From: an uncultured Bacilli bacterium
GTDB lineage: Bacteria > Bacillota_I > Bacilli_A > RF39 > UBA660
Reading direction: 5' to 3'
Assembly (NCBI GenBank): GCA_947588925.1
Contig: CANQAT010000003.1
Location: 1 to 45,795 of the forward strand
DNA: 45,795 bases
The notes beneath the pieces were generated by a model. It was not told the origin of the DNA and did not search any database. It worked only from the letters and a program-made list of their open reading frames with translations. Shown one piece after another: positions 17,861 to 29,020 of the stretch (position 1 is its first letter; every line of letters begins with the position of its first letter). The translations under genes were made by a program, and so were the position numbers.

Positions 17861-19909
17861 TTATACCCAAAACATGAACATATAATAAAATTTATCTATA
17901 TTTGTTAAGTCCTTATTTAAGAAAAATGTAAACATGTTAAGTATAATACTTATTGTTATAAATACTATAAGTATTTTTTTTAGATTATGATTTAATAAAT
18001 TTTTACTTAGTAATGACAATATTACAATAACTGTACTTAAAGATAACAACCAACCAAAATCTGATATATATCTTGGAAGTATACCTGCCATCTGCGTATC
18101 AGCTATTACTATAATTAAGGCAAATATTAAAGAAGCAATACTTATTTTGAATAAATCTTTATTAATAATTTTTTTAAATTTATATGATAGAACACCTAAT
18201 ACGCATATTGCGTTAGTAAATAGAAATCCTCCGTACATATACTCACTTATAGTGTTTCCAAGATATGTCGTAGTAACACTATATTTCTCTATAAAAGGAA
18301 ATATAGTAGATATGTGAATTGGAGCGATCAAAAAGTGATATAGACCTAAAAATGTTCTATCAAATACAAACCCTCTTTTTGTCATATCATTAGTTGTTAA
18401 ATTATAATTCGCTCCAAAATCAAATGGACTTTTAAATCTCGCAAAATTATAATACATTAAAAATAGTGCGATTACTATATAGGGAGCTACCAAAATTAAA
18501 GTCTCTTTTATAGATTTTTTACTAAATAATTCTCTTTTTTTAAATATATACGGATAAAATATTATAGCTATAAAGAACATCGATAATAAAACTTGTGGTC
18601 TGCACCCCGCAACGAGTGCGGTGAATAGACTTCCTAAAAATAAATATCTCTTTTTTAGTTTATCATAGTTAGTCGATTTTATATAAAAAGCAAGACCAAA
18701 CATCGCAAATGCAATAGCAAATACAATAGGCAAGTTATAGAAAGTCGGATATCCTACAAATGATGAAAGACCACTTGCAAATATAAAGAATATAGATAAA
18801 AACATATACCAAATATAAGATGTGTTTTTAAAATATTTATTTAGTATTTGATACATTAGATAGAATACTGAACATATAAATATACATATTGCAATTGATA
18901 TCGCTAAATTGTTAGGTAGATCACTTTTAGTTACAACATAATATGGCAAGTATAGTAATATACAAGGAACAACTCCAAAATAGGAATAATACCTACCATT
19001 ATAGTAAGAATAATCCCAGTAGTATTCTTTGTATCTTTCAAGTTGTTCATCTCTATATTTAGTGTCATATGGGTTTTCTAGTGATAGTAATTTATCAGAT
19101 ACATCTAAATCCAAATAAAAATGATTGTTGGCAAGCGCACGAGCCAAATTTTTATATTGAGAGTACTGTGATGTAGGAGCTACTGTTTTAGTTTTTTTAT
19201 TGTAGAATGTCATATTATAACTAAATATAGATAATATCGATATAAAAAGTATAGTTAGAGTGAGTGCTTTCTTATTATTAAACTTTATCTTATAAAAAAT
19301 AGATTTAGGATTTATAATAAATATAAATAAGATAAAAAATAAGGAAATAATTAAACGAAAATCATTTATAAATAAAGGTACTTTTTTATTTACAGAAATA
19401 GTGTTTAATTTAAAATCTTTAACTTCTTTATCAAATACTAGTTTAACATTTGAAGTAGTACCGCTAGAATGTACTGTTAAATATTTACTATTTTCTAACT
19501 TGTTTACGTAAGTTCTACTTCCTGCGTCTAAATATAATTTATTTGCTTCATCAGTAAAATATAGTTCATATGAAAATCTAAGACTTCTTTTGCCACTAAA
19601 GTCTATATAGATATTATTTATTTTTTGATTTACATTAAATTCTATGTAGGCATTTTCTACATCAGTTACGCTACACAATTCTCCTGTACAAGTAATTCCA
19701 TTATAGGTATAGTCTTTAATTTCTTTAAAATCTTTGAAAAATAAAGATTCATAATGTCTAAAATTAAATATTGTAATTTCTAGTATAGTACTAATTGATA
19801 TGGCAATAAGTAAATATTTAGATAAAACTTTTAGATATTCGTTTTTAAATACATTTAATTTTCTTAAAATTAAAAATAGTATTATAAGTACAAAAAATAC
19901 ATAAATCAT
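17861..19909 (-). CDS. Polytopic membrane protein, probably GT-C-fold glycosyltransferase-like
   Basis: More than 10 hydrophobic segments, an extracellular loop, and the motifs WDYSYYNGRYYSYFGVVP, GCRP, YNFARF and PRY. AAGGAG RBS before the ATG at 19909. Confidence 0.6.
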   Translation of the reverse strand: MIYVFFVLIILFLILRKLNVFKNEYLKVLSKYLLIAISISTILEITIFNFRHYESLFFKDFKEIKDYTYNGITCTGELCSVTDVENAYIEFNVNQKINNIYIDFSGKRSLRFSYELYFTDEANKLYLDAGSRTYVNKLENSKYLTVHSSGTTSNVKLVFDKEVKDFKLNTISVNKKVPLFINDFRLIISLFFILFIFIINPKSIFYKIKFNNKKALTLTILFISILSIFSYNMTFYNKKTKTVAPTSQYSQYKNLARALANNHFYLDLDVSDKLLSLENPYDTKYRDEQLERYKEYYWDYSYYNGRYYSYFGVVPCILLYLPYYVVTKSDLPNNLAISIAICIFICSVFYLMYQILNKYFKNTSYIWYMFLSIFFIFASGLSSFVGYPTFYNLPIVFAIAFAMFGLAFYIKSTNYDKLKKRYLFLGSLFTALVAGCRPQVLLSMFFIAIIFYPYIFKKRELFSKKSIKETLILVAPYIVIALFLMYYNFARFKSPFDFGANYNLTTNDMTKRGFVFDRTFLGLYHFLIAPIHISTIFPFIEKYSVTTTYLGNTISEYMYGGFLFTNAICVLGVLSYKFKKIINKDLFKISIASLIFALIIVIADTQMAGILPRYISDFGWLLSLSTVIVILSLLSKNLLNHNLKKILIVFITISIILNMFTFFLNKDLTNIDKFYYMFMFWV

Positions 19910-20045
19910 AAAACGCTCCTTCACTTCATCAACATTATAGCACATTTTCTATTCATGTCAAAAATATTAAAAATATTAAACTCTACAAATGGTATAGTAA
20001 TAAATTTAATTTGTGTGCTATAATAGTTGTGAAAGGTAGGGAACT

Positions 20046-22544
20046 ATGATAGAGTTAGTAAATTTAAGCAAAGTGTATAAATCAAAAAAAGGTGCTTCTA
20101 CAACCGCTTTAAACGATATAAATTTAAAGATAGGAAATAAGGGCATGGTATTTATAGTAGGTAAAAGTGGAAGTGGTAAGTCAACTCTTCTTAATTTACT
20201 TGGAGGACTAGATGGAGTTACTAGTGGTAAAATACTTATTAATGGTAAAGATATTAGTAACTTTGAAAGTAGAGAGTACGATGCATATAGAAATACATAT
20301 ATAGGATTTGTATTTCAAGAATTTAATATACTAGAAGAATACAACATATATGAAAATATAAGTCTTTCACTAGAACTTCAAAATATAAAATCAACTAAAA
20401 GTGATATCGATAAACTTTTAGATAAACTTGGAATAAGTGGACTTGGAAATAGAAAAGTAAATGAATTATCAGGTGGACAAAAGCAAAGAGTCGCACTTGC
20501 AAGAGCCTTAATTAAAAATCCTGAGATAATTTTAGCAGATGAGCCAACTGGAAACTTGGATAAAACTTCAAGTGCGCAAATATTTGAAATATTAAAAGAA
20601 ATAAGTCGTGAAAAACTAGTAATAGTAGTCTCACACGATATAGAATCTGCTAAAACTTACGCAGATAGAATAGTAGAAATAGAAGATGGCAAAATAAAAA
20701 ATGATACAGATACTTTAGGTGAAAGTGAAATAAAACCATTCAAATTAAAGAAATCAAAACTACCTAATCTATTTGCCTTAAAGATGGCACTTGCCAATTT
20801 TAAATATAAACCATTTAAACTAATTATGACAATTATTTTAACGACATTCTCTTTAATATTTATGGGAGTTACAATAAACTTTTATATGTTTGATAAAAAT
20901 CTATTTATTACAAACACAATGAAAGATAACAATAATTATGTTTACGATGTTAAAAATACAAAATTCTTTTATAGTTATGGATTTATTGATTCTATTGATT
21001 TAAAACTTACTTTAGATGACTTAAAGAACATTGAACCTATAACTAAATCTAAAGTGAATGCAATATATTCTTTATATGATAATAACAAGTTATTAGAATT
21101 TGAATTTGGACCTAGTGAGGAACAAAATGACTTTTACAGGTCAGAACCTTCAACTAGTTTTGTCGATGTGAAAGATACAAGACTTTTAAATAATATAATA
21201 GGTAGTATTCCTGTTAATAATAACGAAGTGGTAGTACATAAATATTTTGCGGATTATGCAATAAAATTTGGAATAAAACTAGTAGATGATACCTTATACT
21301 TTCCAAAAGATTATAATGATTTAGTAACTTCTAGAAAAGAGATTAAACTTGGTAGTAATAGTGTTATAATAACTGGTATTATTGATGATGATGACACTTT
21401 ATATAAAGATGCAAAAGAAACAGGACGATTCAAAAGTAGTAGTTTGGAACAATATTTTAGTGAAAATTATTATGGAAAAGGTAGTTATATATATAGTATT
21501 GGATTAATTGATAATATAGCCTTAAACGAAGATAAATTATCAGTTTTAGATTCTACAATGCTTACAACGAGAATCGGACTTAGTGAAATATTTGTTTCGG
21601 ATGGAACACCTTTTAAAGTGTTTGATAGTGAGATTAATGTAATTGATGAAAATGGAAACAGTAGTATATTGAACCTAGAAAAGGAAGAGGTTTTAGTATC
21701 TTTAAATTCATTAAAGAAAATATATGGACAGTTTAATGGAACATTCGATAATAATTTACTTGAATTTATAAAAAATAATGCTAATTTAACTTATGATGAA
21801 GCTTTAGCAAGGTTTGTAAGTGATTATTTAAAAGAACATTCAAATCTTACACTTACTTTACATAATTATGCAAATGAAAAAATGTATAGTGTTACTGTAA
21901 AGGGTGTCACACTAGATGATACAAACTATGTAAGTTATGATTATATTAATGATTCTGAAATTAAAACAAAAGAGATTGTAGGTGCAAGAGTATACGATAA
22001 TGATATTAACAATTTAAAAAATACATTTAGTAAATTAATATTTAGAGATAATTATGATAGGGGAGATGAGGGAACTTTTTATACTTTCACTTTGGAAAAT
22101 CACGATGACATTAGTTCTATAATCGGCATATATAAATCTTTATCAAAGTATATTCTAGTAATTAGCCTAGTATTTGTATTATTTAATATATTATTATTTT
22201 CAAACTTTATAGCAGTTACGATATCATATTCTAAAAAACAAATAGGTATTTTAAGAGCCCTTGGCGCAAAGGCAAAAGACGTTACAAAGATATTTAGCTT
22301 TGAAGCTTTGATAATTGGAATTATTTCTTGGATACTCTCTATTATAGGATTTACTATTATTTGTAATTTACTTAATAATTCTATATTTGGAAGTATGTAT
22401 TATACATTAAATGGAATAGTTAGAAATCCATTTATACCAATAATAATGCTTGTTTATACTATTGCAATATCATTCTTAATAACATTTATATCTACTAGTA
22501 AAGTAACAAAGATTAAACCAATAGATGCTATATTAAACAAATAG
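20046..22544 (+). CDS. MacB/FtsX-like ABC transporter, ATPase-permease fusion (copy 1)
   Basis: Walker A GKSGSGKST, LSGGQ, LADEPTGNLD and C-terminal FtsX IGILRALGA. Confidence 0.92.
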   Translation: MIELVNLSKVYKSKKGASTTALNDINLKIGNKGMVFIVGKSGSGKSTLLNLLGGLDGVTSGKILINGKDISNFESREYDAYRNTYIGFVFQEFNILEEYNIYENISLSLELQNIKSTKSDIDKLLDKLGISGLGNRKVNELSGGQKQRVALARALIKNPEIILADEPTGNLDKTSSAQIFEILKEISREKLVIVVSHDIESAKTYADRIVEIEDGKIKNDTDTLGESEIKPFKLKKSKLPNLFALKMALANFKYKPFKLIMTIILTTFSLIFMGVTINFYMFDKNLFITNTMKDNNNYVYDVKNTKFFYSYGFIDSIDLKLTLDDLKNIEPITKSKVNAIYSLYDNNKLLEFEFGPSEEQNDFYRSEPSTSFVDVKDTRLLNNIIGSIPVNNNEVVVHKYFADYAIKFGIKLVDDTLYFPKDYNDLVTSRKEIKLGSNSVIITGIIDDDDTLYKDAKETGRFKSSSLEQYFSENYYGKGSYIYSIGLIDNIALNEDKLSVLDSTMLTTRIGLSEIFVSDGTPFKVFDSEINVIDENGNSSILNLEKEEVLVSLNSLKKIYGQFNGTFDNNLLEFIKNNANLTYDEALARFVSDYLKEHSNLTLTLHNYANEKMYSVTVKGVTLDDTNYVSYDYINDSEIKTKEIVGARVYDNDINNLKNTFSKLIFRDNYDRGDEGTFYTFTLENHDDISSIIGIYKSLSKYILVISLVFVLFNILLFSNFIAVTISYSKKQIGILRALGAKAKDVTKIFSFEALIIGIISWILSIIGFTIICNLLNNSIFGSMYYTLNGIVRNPFIPIIMLVYTIAISFLITFISTSKVTKIKPIDAILNK

Positions 22545-22693
22545 AAAAGGTACGCTTTTTCTATTTTTATATAATAAAAACATATGATTATGTGTTTAAC
22601 ATATCCTTTTTATTTTAGAAACATTAAACTCTACGAATGGTATAGTAATAAATTTAGTTTGTGTGCTATAATAATGGAGAAAGGTAGGGAACT

Positions 22694-25210
22694 ATGATAG
22701 AATTAGTAAATTTAAGCAAAGTATATAAATCAAAAAAAGGTGCCTCTACAACAGCTTTAAATGATGTTAATTTAAAGCTTGGAAATAAGGGCATGGTATT
22801 TATAGTAGGTAAAAGTGGAAGTGGTAAGTCAACTCTTCTTAATTTACTTGGAGGACTAGATGGAGTAACTAGTGGTAAAATACTTATTAATGGTAAAGAT
22901 ATTAGTAACTTTGAAAGTAGAGAATACGACTCATATAGGAATACATATATAGGATTTGTATTTCAAGAATTCAATATATTAGAAGAATATAACATATATG
23001 AAAATATAAGTCTTTCACTAGAACTTCAAAATATAAAGCCGAATAAAACTGATATTGATAAACTTTTAGATAAACTTGGGATAAGTGGACTTGGGAATAG
23101 AAAAGTAAATGAATTATCAGGTGGACAAAAGCAAAGAGTCGCACTTGCAAGAGCCTTAATTAAAAATCCTGAGATAATTTTAGCAGATGAGCCAACTGGA
23201 AACTTGGATAAAACTTCAAGTGCGCAAATATTTGAAATGTTAAAAGAAATAAGCAAAGAAAAACTAGTAATAGTAGTCTCACACGATATAGAATCTGCTA
23301 AAAATTATGCAGATAGAATAGTAGAAATAGAAGATGGTAAAATAAAGAGTGATACAGATACTTTGGGTGAAAGTGAAATAAAACCATTCAAATTAAAGAA
23401 ATCTAAGCTACCTAATCTATTTGCTCTAAAAATGGCACTTGCAAATTTTAAATATAAACCATTTAAACTAATTATGACAATTATTTTAACTACATTCTCT
23501 TTAATATTTATGGGAGTTACTATAAACTTTTATATGTTTGATAAAAATCTATTTATTGCAAACACTATGAAGGATAACAATAATTATGTTTATGATGTTT
23601 ATAATACCGAGTATACTCATTGTAATGATAACAGTAATTGCCCTTTGAATTTAAAACTTGATGATACTGATTTAAAAAATATAGAAAGTATTACTAAGTC
23701 TAAAATAAATCCCATATATAGTCTTTATGACAATAATAAAGAATTAAGTTTTGAGTTTGGAGATAGTGATATAGAATCTGAGTTTTATGGTAGGGATTTT
23801 CAAACCTTTGGAGATTTTTTTAAATTTGTAGATACTAAAGATTATAGATTATTTTCAAATATAATAGGTGAAGTGCCTACTAATAGTAATGAAATAGTTA
23901 TACATAAATATTTAGCTGATTATATAGTTAAATTTGGAATAAAACTAGTAGATGATACTTTATATTTTCCAAAAGATTATAATGATTTAGTAACTTCTAG
24001 AAAAGAGATTAAACTTGGAAGTAATAGTGTTATAATAGTTGGAATAATTAATGATGATGATAGTTTATATATAAATGCCAAAGAAACTGGTAAGTTTGAA
24101 AGTCAAAATTTACATGATTATTTTTATGAGAATTACACTGAAAAAGGGGAATATGTATATATAAATGGTATAGACAATATTAAACTAAATGTAGATCCTG
24201 TCTCAATTTTAGATAGAGCAACTTTAATGAAAGGCTCTGATTCAGATTTGAAGACTGTTGCTTATGGAAACTTTAAAGTAATAGATGATGAGATTAATGT
24301 AGTAGGTGAAGCTGGTAATACATCTATTTCCAAACTTAATAAAAATGAGATTGTAATCACTTTAGATACGTTAAAACACATATATAATAGTGAGAATAAA
24401 ACATTTGATAATGACTTATTAGAGTATATAAAAAGCAATAATTTAGCTTATGATGAAGCGCTTATTTCTTTTATAAGTCAATATTTAAGGGAATTTTCTA
24501 AAGATGTTATACTTAATTTAAGTTATTTAGGTAATCCAACAGGAAATACAACTAGTGTGACTATAAAGGCAGTTTCAATGGGTGATACTAACTATGTAAG
24601 TTATGAATATTTAACTGAAAATAAACCTAGAGAAAAAGAAATAGTAAGTGTAAGAATATATGACGATAATATAAATAACTTAAAAAATGCATTTAATAAT
24701 TTAAAATTACAAGAAGACTTAACATCAAATGAAACTGGTGTATTTTATACATATATGGTAGATCACCTTTACGACATAAGAAATATAATATACTTATATA
24801 AATATTTATCAAAGTATATTCTAGCAGTTAGCCTAGTGTTTGTGTTATTTAATATATTATTATTTTCAAACTTTATAGCAGTTACGATATCATATTCTAA
24901 AAAACAAATAGGTATTTTAAGAGCTCTTGGCGCAAAGTCAAAAGATGTCACAAAGATATTTAGTTTTGAAGCGTTGATAATTGGAATTATTTCTTGGATA
25001 CTCTCTATTATAGGATTTATTATAGTTTGTAATTTGCTTAATAATTCTATATTTGGAAGTATGTACTATACATTAAATGGAATAGTTAGAAATCCATTTA
25101 TACCAATAATAATGCTTGTTTATACTATTGCAATATCATTTTTAATAACATTTATATCTACTAGTAAAGTAACAAAAATTAAACCAATAGATGCTATATT
25201 AAACAAATAG
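22694..25210 (+). CDS. MacB/FtsX-like ABC transporter fusion (copy 2, tandem paralogue)
   Basis: Same motifs as copy 1, with near-identical N- and C-terminal DNA and flanks. Confidence 0.92.
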   Translation: MIELVNLSKVYKSKKGASTTALNDVNLKLGNKGMVFIVGKSGSGKSTLLNLLGGLDGVTSGKILINGKDISNFESREYDSYRNTYIGFVFQEFNILEEYNIYENISLSLELQNIKPNKTDIDKLLDKLGISGLGNRKVNELSGGQKQRVALARALIKNPEIILADEPTGNLDKTSSAQIFEMLKEISKEKLVIVVSHDIESAKNYADRIVEIEDGKIKSDTDTLGESEIKPFKLKKSKLPNLFALKMALANFKYKPFKLIMTIILTTFSLIFMGVTINFYMFDKNLFIANTMKDNNNYVYDVYNTEYTHCNDNSNCPLNLKLDDTDLKNIESITKSKINPIYSLYDNNKELSFEFGDSDIESEFYGRDFQTFGDFFKFVDTKDYRLFSNIIGEVPTNSNEIVIHKYLADYIVKFGIKLVDDTLYFPKDYNDLVTSRKEIKLGSNSVIIVGIINDDDSLYINAKETGKFESQNLHDYFYENYTEKGEYVYINGIDNIKLNVDPVSILDRATLMKGSDSDLKTVAYGNFKVIDDEINVVGEAGNTSISKLNKNEIVITLDTLKHIYNSENKTFDNDLLEYIKSNNLAYDEALISFISQYLREFSKDVILNLSYLGNPTGNTTSVTIKAVSMGDTNYVSYEYLTENKPREKEIVSVRIYDDNINNLKNAFNNLKLQEDLTSNETGVFYTYMVDHLYDIRNIIYLYKYLSKYILAVSLVFVLFNILLFSNFIAVTISYSKKQIGILRALGAKSKDVTKIFSFEALIIGIISWILSIIGFIIVCNLLNNSIFGSMYYTLNGIVRNPFIPIIMLVYTIAISFLITFISTSKVTKIKPIDAILNK

Positions 25211-25263
25211 AAAAAGTGCACTTTTTCTATTTTTGTGTTATACTATTTGTGGAGGGTGATATT

Positions 25264-26238
25264 ATGTGTACAGCAGTAACATATAAAACAAAAGATAGTT
25301 ATTTTGGTAGAAATTTAGATCTTGAGTATTCATATAAAGAAACAGTTACGATTACGCCACGAAATTATCCATTTAAGTTTAGAAAAGTAGGTGAGAATAA
25401 TAAACATTTTGCTATTATAGGAATGGCTTATGTTAGTGATAATTATCCACTTTATTATGACGCGATTAACGAAAAAGGACTTGGTATGGCAGGACTTAAT
25501 TTTCCTTCGAATGCACATTATTTTGATGTAAAAGATGGTTTAAACAATATATCTCCATTTGAGTTAATACCATATATATTATCTAACTATTCCGAGGTTA
25601 AAGAGGTTAAAGAGGCACTCAAAAGTATTAATATAGTTAATATTAATTTTAGTGATGAGCTTCCTTTATCACCACTTCACTGGATTATAGCAGATAAAAC
25701 ATCATCGATAACAGTAGAATCAGTAAAAGATGGATTAAAGGTGTACGATAATCCAGTTGGAGTTTTAACTAATAATCCTACATTTGATATGCAGATGTTT
25801 AATTTAAATAATTATATGAGTTTATCTATTGAGCCGCCAGTTAATAATTTTTCTAAAAAATTAGAATTTTCTACATATAGTAGGGGAATGGGAGCTTTAG
25901 GACTACCGGGTGATTTATCTAGTCAATCAAGATTTGTAAAAGCGACATTTACAAAAATGAACTCATTATCAGATGAAACAGAAGTATCAAGTGTAAATCA
26001 ATTCTTTCATATTTTAACATCGGTTGAGCAGCAAAGAGGATGTGTTCATATGGGTGAGGATAAATACGAGATAACTATATATAGTTCTTGTGCGAATATG
26101 GATAAATGTATTTATTATTACACCACTTATGATAATAGAAGAATAATAGGTATAGATATGCATAAAGAACCCTTAGATGGTAGTGAGCTTATAAATTATG
26201 ATTTAATTAAGAATGAAGAATTTTATATTCAAAATTAG
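25264..26238 (+). CDS. Choloylglycine hydrolase family (bile salt hydrolase / penicillin V acylase)
   Basis: N-terminal nucleophile MCT, plus FGRNLD, NEKGL, VLTNNP and LPGD..S.SRF. Confidence 0.93.
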   Translation: MCTAVTYKTKDSYFGRNLDLEYSYKETVTITPRNYPFKFRKVGENNKHFAIIGMAYVSDNYPLYYDAINEKGLGMAGLNFPSNAHYFDVKDGLNNISPFELIPYILSNYSEVKEVKEALKSINIVNINFSDELPLSPLHWIIADKTSSITVESVKDGLKVYDNPVGVLTNNPTFDMQMFNLNNYMSLSIEPPVNNFSKKLEFSTYSRGMGALGLPGDLSSQSRFVKATFTKMNSLSDETEVSSVNQFFHILTSVEQQRGCVHMGEDKYEITIYSSCANMDKCIYYYTTYDNRRIIGIDMHKEPLDGSELINYDLIKNEEFYIQN

Positions 26239-26248
26239 GAGGTAAAAA

Positions 26249-26785
26249 ATGAAAAAAATATTAATATGTTTAATTGCTCTTGTAGCAGGTTTAACCCTAA
26301 CTGGGTGTGAAGACAAATTAAAAACAACTATTAAAGATATAGCTGAGTTAAATGAGATAGATGGCGTTACTATGACAATAAAAAAGGATACACTTACTAG
26401 AACGGGAGCTACTATTATAATTACTGATGTGAGTGGTAAGAGTAACATATATGGTGATGAATATAGATTAGATAAAAAAGTAAATGGAAAATGGGAAGAA
26501 TTAGAAGTTATATATAAAGGCGATTATGGTTGGAATTTAGTTGGATATACTAAAGATAAAAATAATAAAATAGAGATGGATATGAACTGGGAATGGTTAT
26601 ATGGTTCTCTTGAAGATGGAGAATATAGAATAGTTAAAGACACAGCTACAATTCAAATGGATAAAAAATATAGCTTTTCAGATTGGAAAGAGATATATAA
26701 TAATTTAAATAGTGAACCAAATGATGATAAAGATTCTGATATTAAAAACTATTATTTTTCAGTTGAGTTTATGATAGGAGAATAA
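26249..26785 (+). CDS. Lipoprotein with an Ig-like domain
   Basis: Lipobox LTGC; WEWLYGSLEDGEYRIVK pattern. Confidence 0.75.
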   Translation: MKKILICLIALVAGLTLTGCEDKLKTTIKDIAELNEIDGVTMTIKKDTLTRTGATIIITDVSGKSNIYGDEYRLDKKVNGKWEELEVIYKGDYGWNLVGYTKDKNNKIEMDMNWEWLYGSLEDGEYRIVKDTATIQMDKKYSFSDWKEIYNNLNSEPNDDKDSDIKNYYFSVEFMIGE

Positions 26786-26786
26786 A

Positions 26787-27269
26787 TTGAAAAAAATATT
26801 GATTTCGCTACTGTTTATACATTTTATAACTGGTTGTTCTAATAATAGTATAACAAAATACATAGAAAAAAATATGAATTTAGATGTATCATCTTGCAAG
26901 GTTATAGAAAGTAGTGATACTCACGGGGGATTTTTAGGTGATGGAGAGACCATTTTTAAAGCAGATTGCTCTAGTGTTAAAGATGAAATATTAAGTGAGC
27001 TTAAAACTTGGAATGCTTTGCCACTTTCTCAAAATCTAGATGTAATTATGTATGGTGGGACTTTAGATGGAACTACTTATGGATATGATTTTGGTATAAA
27101 AAATGGTATTCCTAAAATAGATAACGGATATTATTACTTTATAGATAGAAGTAATTATGCAAAAGATATAAATAGTGATAAAGATATTTTTAGAATTTCA
27201 TTTAATTTTGATATAGCACTTTACGATATAGACACTAATACATTTTATTTTTACAAAATAGATACATAA
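26787..27269 (+). CDS. Putative lipoprotein (TTG start)
   Basis: Lipobox-like ITGC, DTHGGFLGDGET motif, AGGAG RBS. Confidence 0.7.
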   Translation: MKKILISLLFIHFITGCSNNSITKYIEKNMNLDVSSCKVIESSDTHGGFLGDGETIFKADCSSVKDEILSELKTWNALPLSQNLDVIMYGGTLDGTTYGYDFGIKNGIPKIDNGYYYFIDRSNYAKDINSDKDIFRISFNFDIALYDIDTNTFYFYKIDT

Positions 27270-27387
27270 ACTAGTGTCTTTTTCTATTTCCAAGAGTATC
27301 GGCTTAATATAACTTTTGGAAATATTTTTCCAAAAGTTGACTATGCTTGATTTTAATGATATAATTTATTTAGAAAGGAAGAATTAT

Positions 27388-28596
27388 ATGATAGAAAGGG
27401 TAGAATATTTAGACGAATTAAAAAGATGGAAAGATAAGAATTTAATAAAAGTAGTAACTGGAATAAGAAGATGTGGTAAATCCACACTATTTGAACTTTT
27501 TATAGAATATTTAAAGAGTACAGGAGTTAAAGATAACCAAATAATATCAATAAATTTAGAGAGTTTAGATTATCAATTTTCTAATTATAAAGAGTTATAT
27601 GACTATGTAAATAAGAAAATAACTTCAAATAATAAATACTATGTTTTTTTAGATGAAGTTCAAAATGTACCTGAATTTCAAAGAGCCGTTGATTCACTTT
27701 ATATAAAAGAAAATGTAGATGTTTATATAACTGGTTCAAATGCATATCTTTTATCTGGAGAACTTGCCACACTACTTTCAGGAAGATACGTAGAAATAAA
27801 AATGTTGCCTTTATCTTTTAAAGAGTATGTAACTGCATTTAATGGAAATAACAATTATCAACAATTATTTCTTGATTATATGAAAAATGGAGGCATGCCG
27901 GGGAATATAGATATATTAAAAACCAATTCAAATGATGTTGATAAATATTTAGATGGAATATTTTCAACAATAGTATATAAGGATATAATGTCTAGAAATA
28001 ATATAACTGATAAAATGCTTTTAGAAAGTGTATTAAAATATATATTTGATAGTATAGGAAGTCCAGTTTCAACAAAAAAAATAAGCGATACATTAACTAG
28101 TAAAGGGTTATCTACGAGTAATCATACTGTTGAAAATTATATAACTGCATTTATAGAGAGTTTTCTAATATATAAAGCAGAGAGGTTTGATGTAAAGGGT
28201 AAAAATTTACTTGCTAGAGACTATAAATATTATGTAGTTGATTCAGGTTTAAGAAGTTATCTTTTAGGCAAGAAATCAGATAGTGATATGGGTCATATAC
28301 TAGAAAATATAGTTTATCTTGAATTATTAAGAAGAGGATATAAGGTATATGTTGGAAAAGTAGATGATTTAGAAATAGATTTTGTCGCTTCTAATAGAGA
28401 TGGATTAAAGTATTATCAAGTTGCCCTTACTTTGAGAGATGAAAAAGTTCTTGAAAGAGAACTTAAGTCATTACAAAAAACAGGAGACTTTTATCCAAAG
28501 TATCTTTTAACTCTTGATATGGATTTAGAAGCAGATTATAATGGTATAAAAAAGATAAACGTTGTAGATTGGTTATTAAATGGGGATAAAGACTAG
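27388..28596 (+). CDS. AAA+ ATPase (AAA_14) with a DUF4143 C-terminus
   Basis: GIRRCGKS, FLDEVQ, ITGS, GGMP, KYYVVDSGL, LEN and EIDF..QV motifs. Confidence 0.9.
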   Translation: MIERVEYLDELKRWKDKNLIKVVTGIRRCGKSTLFELFIEYLKSTGVKDNQIISINLESLDYQFSNYKELYDYVNKKITSNNKYYVFLDEVQNVPEFQRAVDSLYIKENVDVYITGSNAYLLSGELATLLSGRYVEIKMLPLSFKEYVTAFNGNNNYQQLFLDYMKNGGMPGNIDILKTNSNDVDKYLDGIFSTIVYKDIMSRNNITDKMLLESVLKYIFDSIGSPVSTKKISDTLTSKGLSTSNHTVENYITAFIESFLIYKAERFDVKGKNLLARDYKYYVVDSGLRSYLLGKKSDSDMGHILENIVYLELLRRGYKVYVGKVDDLEIDFVASNRDGLKYYQVALTLRDEKVLERELKSLQKTGDFYPKYLLTLDMDLEADYNGIKKINVVDWLLNGDKD

Positions 28597-28646
28597 TGTT
28601 TTTTTTCTTTATGTGTTATAATTGAATTGTAAACATAGGAGGCATT

Positions 28647-29009
28647 ATGCAATCTAAAAAGTACATAATTATCAAGTTTTATCTTAAATACTTAATACTT
28701 TTATTACTATTTAAAGTTATATGGGTATTTCAATACTTTGATAATTATTTTATAGTATATATACCACTATCATATTTAGTAGTAAAATATACTTTTATAT
28801 ATCCTTTAGAAAAGAATAAATATACAAAAAAAGATTATTTATTGCCAGTAATTATAGGATATACAATATTGAATTTAATTTTTAGAATGCATTTATTATA
28901 CGATATATGTATCATAGTATTTTTACTAGTATTAAAAGATAAAAATGCGCAGATTGAACAAGAAACTAGTAAATATATTAAAGAATATTATGAGAAGAAA
29001 AATAAATAG
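28647..29009 (+). CDS. Small membrane protein
   Basis: Hydrophobic ORF with an AGGAGG RBS. Confidence 0.6.
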   Translation: MQSKKYIIIKFYLKYLILLLLFKVIWVFQYFDNYFIVYIPLSYLVVKYTFIYPLEKNKYTKKDYLLPVIIGYTILNLIFRMHLLYDICIIVFLLVLKDKNAQIEQETSKYIKEYYEKKNK

Positions 29010-29020
29010 GGTGATTTTTA

